Shown: piece by piece, positions 56,953-64,000 of the stretch | Layout of the letters: every line of letters begins with the position of its first letter | Numbering within the stretch: position 1 is the stretch's first letter | Assembly (NCBI GenBank): GCA_964016885.1 | Contig: OZ024745.1 | Coordinates: forward strand, 35,092,001-35,156,000 | Origin: Eledone cirrhosa | Lineage: Eukaryota | DNA: 64,000 bases | Direction of reading: 5' to 3' | Made by a program: the position numbers and the translations under genes | The notes under the pieces: model-generated | Seen by the model: the letters and a program-made list of their open reading frames with translations, nothing else | Databases searched by the model: none | Told to the model about the DNA's origin: nothing

Positions 56953-57144
56953 AGCTGCATTTATCTTGCTTTATGTTCATACGAGTTATCACCAAGTCAC
57001 AACCAGTGACCTCAAGAGACAACAAGGTCCGCCATGTTCAAGAAAGAACATACATACTCATACATGCATCTTTAGGTGTTTAGACTTGTGATGTACTTAT
57101 ATTGACAGAATCTTCCTTAGTATATGGGCAGTTCCCATTAGTAC

Positions 57145-57147
<3 letters not shown>
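56953..57147 (-). mobile_element. 5'-truncated Dong/R4-like LINE in (TAA)n
   Basis: Near-identical to 63373-63567; (ATT)n on both sides. Confidence 0.9.
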
Positions 57148-57208
<61 letters not shown>

Positions 57209-58155
57209 GCAATGTAAGATTCGATTATATGCTTTTTATATCACAGAAATATAGGAAATTTCATTTATAACTTCCGACCATATAATTTTCATACACTCAC
57301 ACTTCCGTCTCAAACGTTTTATTTTGTCGCAATGTAAATCTATTTGACCATACATGCCTCATTGTCATGTTGTGGTATAGCAAACTTGTATCATATAAAT
57401 AGTATCATAAAAGCCAATCTACTTGTGTTTTCAGAAGAATCTCATATTAACGTAGAAAATATTTTGAGAGCAATGAAAAAAAAAAACACACACACAACAA
57501 CAACATTGATATTTCCATTTGCTATAGTATTGGAAATTTGGCAAAACTAATGGCATCTTGTTTCATGTGATTTCATCATATAAAATGTATGTTTTCAATT
57601 TACTTTAGTTTTGTAGAGAAAATTCGCAAAGGAAATGAGAAAAAATCACACAATGAAAATGTTTACAACTGATTTCTGAATACGCAACTAAAGTTGCTAA
57701 AATTATGGAAACAAAGCAAACAACATAACAGATAACAAACAAGCAATCAAACAAACACCCAAAACAATGAAATATAGAGTAAGAGGAGCTAGTTACTAGC
57801 TTCCTCTGTCACGTATTTAAGAAACAGAATATAAAAAAGGGAATTAATATAAGACTTTTCGAAATAAATAAACATTAAAATAAAGCGAGCCCAATTTCGT
57901 TTACGTATTTCTATATCTGATATATCTTGATCACCTTTACACCTCACATCTTGTATATAATATAAAATGATATATGATATAAGATGATATAAAGTAATGT
58001 AATATAATATAATATAACATAATGAAGAAATTGTAACAAAACCACGTATAAGTAAATAATGATAAGAATACAGCTGAGAGGTTGTTATTTATGATGTGTG
58101 ATGGATATTAAAAATATCACCAGAGATATAGTTTTCCAACACTATCTGTTGTATT

Positions 58156-58198
<43 letters not shown>

Positions 58199-58244
58199 GT
58201 ATATACACATAGATATATAAGCTTGCACACATATAAAGATATAA

Positions 58245-58331
<87 letters not shown>

Positions 58332-58650
58332 CATGTATAGATATGCACATATACAGACATATATGCATGCACAAACGTAGACACAAAAGTGTATATACGC
58401 ACAGATACACAAACACGGGCGCGCAAAAACATATACAGTACGTAATTGGGTGTGTAATATATGTATGTGTTCCTGTGTGGGGGAAATAAATTATGCAAAA
58501 TGAAAGAAAGAGAAGAAAATAGGACTGACATGTTTTAAATATTATTTTCATAAATATTGAAGATATATATTTTGGACTGGTGACTTCTTCTAACTCAGAG
58601 AAAGGGTTTTAAATTAAAAACAATCAAAAAGTTCACTTCTTCCATATCAA

Positions 58651-58728
<78 letters not shown>

Positions 58729-58819
58729 CATGTGGAGCATGTATGTGTGCGTGTGTTTATTTAAATGAATATGAAAATATACATATATGTATATAAGTTC
58801 GTATATATATATATATATG

Positions 58820-58871
<52 letters not shown>

Positions 58872-58882
58872 CATGCACACAA

Positions 58883-58925
<43 letters not shown>

Positions 58926-58931
58926 CATATA

Positions 58932-59032
58932 CAGGGTGTCCCCAGAAAATGTATACACACTTCAACAGCATTCTAATAAATATTGCCTGTACAGGTAATC
59001 AAAGTGTATATTCATTTTTGGGGGACACCCTG
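58932..59032. mobile_element. 101-bp Tc1/mariner MITE (TIR pieces also at 12411-12453, 12545-12571, 12596-12622)
   Basis: TA|CAGGGTGTCCCCAGAAAATGTATACAC ... GTGTATATTCATTTTTGGGGGACACCCTG|TA. Confidence 0.9.
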
Positions 59033-59392
59033 TATATATATATAAACGTAATCCACAATTATACCCACTCACAGATCCTGTATGGTCAAGGATATATTCG
59101 TAAATGATATTATTTCGCTCACATATCTTAGCATTTCAGATCGGCATCATATGATATTTGTATTGAATCTTATTTTTTAGAGAAATATTTCTATTTGTAT
59201 TTATTTAGAAATATCTTAGTATTTGATTGCTTGTATGAATATATGATTATTCCTTGTTTATGAAATTTAAATAGGATGCATTTCTACATGTCTACACATC
59301 AGTATATGTTTATAAGATAAGCTTTCTCAAACACCTCGTTAGATGCATTGATACATATAGATACATTACATGCGCTAGCACATTTATATATA

Positions 59393-59443
<51 letters not shown>

Positions 59444-59575
59444 GCACACATATGCATAAAAACAAATTTATATTCACATACATACATGAACGTAAAATAT
59501 ATAAACGTATATACACATATATATGTATATATATATACATATATATATATAATATATATATATGCACACACACAC

Positions 59576-59667
<92 letters not shown>

Positions 59668-62600
59668 ACATGTATTTACATTATATATTTATAAAAATGC
59701 TATACTCCATATACAGAATAAAAGATCACATGCTGCCAGGTTTACAACGGCGCAATAAATTTGAAAACCACCTTTCAACAAAATAGAAACGTTTTCGACT
59801 GGCGTTATAAAGCAAAGCATACAAAAACGACTCTGGATTTTCTTGCCTCGATTTGAAAAATATGAAATGAAATCATTAGTATATAGGGCACGATTTACTT
59901 GGCGATTGAGCGTTGTAGTTGTCTTTCCCTTTTATCACTTCCTTTTTATTTACCGGGTAGTAACACGGCGATTGAAAGGCGCGAAAAGGAGGCAAAAGGA
60001 ATTGAAGAAAGCAGAAGAGATGGGTGGCTGAAAGCAGGATATTACAATGTCTTTGTAAAATTATAAATTCTTAACTAGTCCAAATCTCGATATAGCACCT
60101 TTTGGTCTAATATGTTTTTGTTCTTTCTTTTAAATTTTTTTTGTAACGTCAGATCATCAGGTGTTCTCAGGGAAGACTAGATCTTGTACATAAAATAGCA
60201 GGATCTGTAACAATGGATAATAATTTTATGTCAATGTTAGTTAGGAAAATATTTCAGCAACATGTTTGAGCTACTCATTGAATATCATTATAAATATTTA
60301 ACAATACGTATGTTAAATATCTACAATACTTTATATAATAATATATTTTAATTTAATTATCTAATAAAAAAATATATAAAAGGAATCGATTGTTAAATCA
60401 GACTAAAGAACTATATTTCTATTGATATTTTCCCTGCAGATATCTATCATTCACAACGTAAGGTCGAAGGAAGCGGGATTTATACAGATGCATAACAGAT
60501 ACCACAAACCACTTCAACTCCTTAAAAATTCCGCCAACCCACCGCCCCTAGACGGGTACTTTATTTACCAACCCCCGGGATTCAAACACGGATCTCAGAA
60601 AGCCGGAAGAAATATCAAGCTATTTAATCCGACGCTCTAACGATTAAGTCAATTAAGTCAAATAACTATTTTTTAAATTGTTAATAAAAACAAACGGAAA
60701 ACTCAAACGCTGACGTTCACAAAAACCTGAGTGACATTTCTTTTTATAAATACATTATCTATGTTAGATATTAATAATGCTTCATTATGAAAAATATTTA
60801 CAAATACAAATATTTATTATTTAAATTAAAACATTAGGCATTGCATAATTAGAAATGGAAAGTGGAGACACTTTTCACGTTCAGTGACCTTATTCAAAAT
60901 GTCAAGTGTATATCTTTACAAAATTTCTCTTTTTTACTAGAATACGAAAAAGATTTGATTAGATATGACACTTTAATATATATATATCTTCTGTCTATAG
61001 TCATTTTAACATTTTTCGTTGAATAAATTCATTTTCATTTTAAGTTTAAACTGAATAAAGCTAGTCTCTATTTAGTAAGAATCAGTATGTTGTTATAAAT
61101 AGAAAGGGAGTACTATATCATATCACTGTGTATATAAATTGGGATAACTGACCAAATTAGAAACTGTCAGAATATTTAATGTAACGGTTCTTACATTTGA
61201 AACCAAAAGAAAACGGTCACATTTATTGTTTTTGTAGACTAGTGTGATAAATAGAGTTATTTCTTTAATATTTCATGATATTAATTCCAGGAAGATGTTA
61301 AGAAAAACCAGACTACTGTGTCCTCTAACCAAAGATTATTTCAGAAACTATTACCTGCTACGTAAATAAGAATAACTGAGTAAAGTCGATTCTATATAAT
61401 TTATCTAGTGTGGGTATTGAGGCTATTTGTTGTATTGGGAATCGTAAGTCATGTTCAATAAATGTAAATATTGTAATTCCGTCTTTATTGTTTACTATAC
61501 TTATTTAAAATATAAAGTACATTGTTATGCAATTCAGTTTAATTCATTTTTTCTTATATTATATTTTAACTGAAAGGCAAATTTCACCTGGGTGGTACTT
61601 GAAATGAGAACGCAAAAATATTGCACACATATCAAATCATTTAATTGGACGTGGTAATCACTGTACCAATTTACCACCTTTCAGTGAATTTGCAGAATTG
61701 TTAAATCGTTTGGTGGTGTACTTTAAGGTATCTGATCGAGCTCCTTGCGTTCATTTTTCAAATGTTACCTCCTCTCATTTGAAAAGGAATGGCGCTTCTT
61801 AAAGACTTGCAATGGTTTGACAATATCAGCAATTTAAAGACTAATAGAAACATAGTATCCTTGGTCCGATTTGACGATCCGATTCTTTTCATGAAAAAAA
61901 TTATGTTGATAAATTTCTTAAGATATAATTTCTACCAAAGAGAAATTTACTTTGCTCTTTTGTTCGATTAATTAAAACGAAGAATAACTTACGTACATTC
62001 ACCTAACAAAATATTATTTATTAGGCAAGTATATATTAAAATAATCGTAGTTCTTACCATTTACATCCATTTGATTCCACCCATCCTCGCTAAAACATTC
62101 TTAGTGTTTTCGATGAAAGCCATTATTCTCTGAAAAAGATTAAAAAATCTCTTAGGAATGCAAATACGCTTAACATAAGCAATGCCATACTGATAGCAAA
62201 GAAGTGAAAGAGAAAAATGAATATAAAATGCATTTAATGAAATATTAAAACCAATAAAGAAAGTATGTGAAAAGGAAAAATAAGAGCACAAAAAAGAACA
62301 ATAAGCTAAACGAAAGCAAGAGTAGAAGCATAAGAGAAGGTATATTTCATGGGAATATCCTTATCAATATATTCATTGGAAAACAATGAGGCAGTATTAT
62401 ATTTATGCTATAATCAGATTAGTTGTCATGAATTGTTTCATGTTTCTGTTAAGACATTAGAAGCACACAAGAAAAATTTACATGAATGCAATACAAAAGA
62501 AATTACAAAAAACACACAATCTTAATGAAGACAAAGAAAAGGCAAATTTCAAGAATACAATGCAGAGTAAGACAATGTTGGATAACAGATGATAGGATGA

Positions 62601-62702
62601 CCATAAACGATATTTAGAAGTCATTGGCAGGAGACAAGATCCATAAACAAAACTGAGACAACATTCGCATTGAACAATGGACAACAAAGGAAAGATATTT
62701 AC

Positions 62703-62917
62703 ATTTTCCCCTCCATATTTTCCTCTTTATCAGCGTCTGTCTCCGAAATACTGTCAACACTTTCTTTATTTGCATCCTCTTCAGTGGGTACCTTGGTTTT
62801 CTTTGTCGACAGTCCTTGATATTTCTCCCCAACTGAACAGAATAGAGCAACAACATGATACAATAACAACATGAACATCTGAACGTGACACAGTTCACTA
62901 GACATGAAGAAAGGATG
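62703..62917 (-). other. candidate host exon (unverified)
   Basis: Acceptor-like TTTATATTTCAG, an open frame with a hydrophobic then acidic/lysine-rich segment, and a weak donor AT|GTAAAT. No recognisable homology. Confidence 0.25.
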
Positions 62918-63372
62918 CTGAAATATAAATTTACATATCCACACCACATTCATCTATTGAAAATAAATTTGAACAAAGTTAAAATCATATAAGTTTAACA
63001 AATGATATTTGAAATATTTTCGTTATTAAATATAAATTTGTTTGTTATTTTTAATCTAATGTCGAATCTAACATTCGCATTAACGCACATATGTATGAGG
63101 ACCTGCTTCAGATTATCCATCCTTGCGTCTAAAAACTTGCACCTGTTTTATCATACAGTAAGTGATTTGTTATATATATATATCTTCAGAAGATCCCGTT
63201 AAGGGTGAAAGCAGCGATTCTTTGCTTAAATTTTAATCTGTTATTTTAATAAATATTTGCTCTAGGGTTCTTATATATTTGATATATATTTATCCTTATC
63301 GAACCCTCTTTGGATTTTAGTCTTCAAATTTATTATTATTATTATTGTTATTATTATTATTGTTATTATTAT

Positions 63373-64000
63373 AGTTGCATTTATCTTGCTTTATGTTCAT
63401 ACGAGTTATCACCAAGTCACAATCAGTGACCTCAACAGACAACAAGGTCCGCCATGTGCAAGAAAGAACATACATTCACACACATGCATCTTTAGGTGTT
63501 TAGACTTGTGATGTACTTATAATGACAGAATCTTCCTTAGTATATGGGCAGTTCCCATTCGTACTATCTTTTGTATTTCCCCTATACGGGGGTTTCCTGG
63601 GATTTGCGATAAGTAATCATTAGACCCCTTAGGTATCATTCCTAGAGCGCCTACAACCACTGGTATTGTTTTAGTTCTCAATTTCCACATTTTTCCAATT
63701 TCTATCTCCAGGTCCTTATACTTGCTCAATTTTTCAAATGTTTTTATAGATACATTCTTGTCTATTGGAACAGACATATCAATTAGCAGGCATATTCTCT
63801 TTTTAAAGTCCTTCAGTATTATATCAGGTCTATTTGCATCTATTTGTCGGTCTGTTTGGATGCTAAAGTCCCACAAGATTGAGATGTGATCTTTTTCAAG
63901 TACAGAAAGTGGTTGATGCTCCCACCAATTCTTTTGATGGGGCAGGTCAAAATGCTTACACATTATCCAATGTATGTATTGTGCAGCTCTGTCGTGCCTG
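63373..64000 (-). mobile_element. Dong/R4-like non-LTR retrotransposon, 3' end (continues beyond window)
   Basis: Coding end plus 3' UTR running into (TAA)n, the target known for Dong elements. Confidence 0.9.
63517..64000 (-). CDS. restriction-like endonuclease domain of LINE ORF (partial, open)
   Basis: RHD...HW..C...ILWDFSIQTD...NRPDII...LIDMSVP.D...KLSKYKDL...PVVVGALG; no stops within the window. Confidence 0.9.
   Translation of the reverse strand, partial: RHDRAAQYIHWIMCKHFDLPHQKNWWEHQPLSVLEKDHISILWDFSIQTDRQIDANRPDIILKDFKKRICLLIDMSVPIDKNVSIKTFEKLSKYKDLEIEIGKMWKLRTKTIPVVVGALGMIPKGSNDYLSQIPGNPRIGEIQKIVRMGTAHILRKILSL

Overview
Very AT-rich eukaryotic DNA full of (TA)n, (CA)n, (TAA)n and (CATA)n microsatellites. 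The repeat complement looks like an Octopus/cephalopod genome (inference from SINE sequence and microsatellite load). No host gene can be called confidently; there is only a weak minus-strand exon candidate near 62.1-62.9 kb. Almost all ORF-track entries are microsatellite translations. Recognisable content: (i) one internally deleted Penelope-like element (PLE; RT remnant + GIY-YIG, two pseudo-LTRs, each with a hammerhead ribozyme) at 5954-9012; (ii) many short non-coding inserts in (TA)n from about ten unrelated families, most carrying intact or decayed minimal type I hammerheads; (iii) restriction-like-endonuclease LINE remnants in (TAA)n and (CATA)n; (iv) Tc1/mariner derivatives; (v) many tRNA-derived SINEs. 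The main observation is a rule shared by the (TA)n inserts. Each is an asymmetric palindrome whose two outward ends stop at two fixed, family-specific points about 33-105 nt apart. One insertion takes its two arms from different families, and two are 0.42-0.48 kb hammerhead-bearing, retrozyme-like monomers. All structures were read by eye; coordinates at microsatellite borders are approximate by a few bases.
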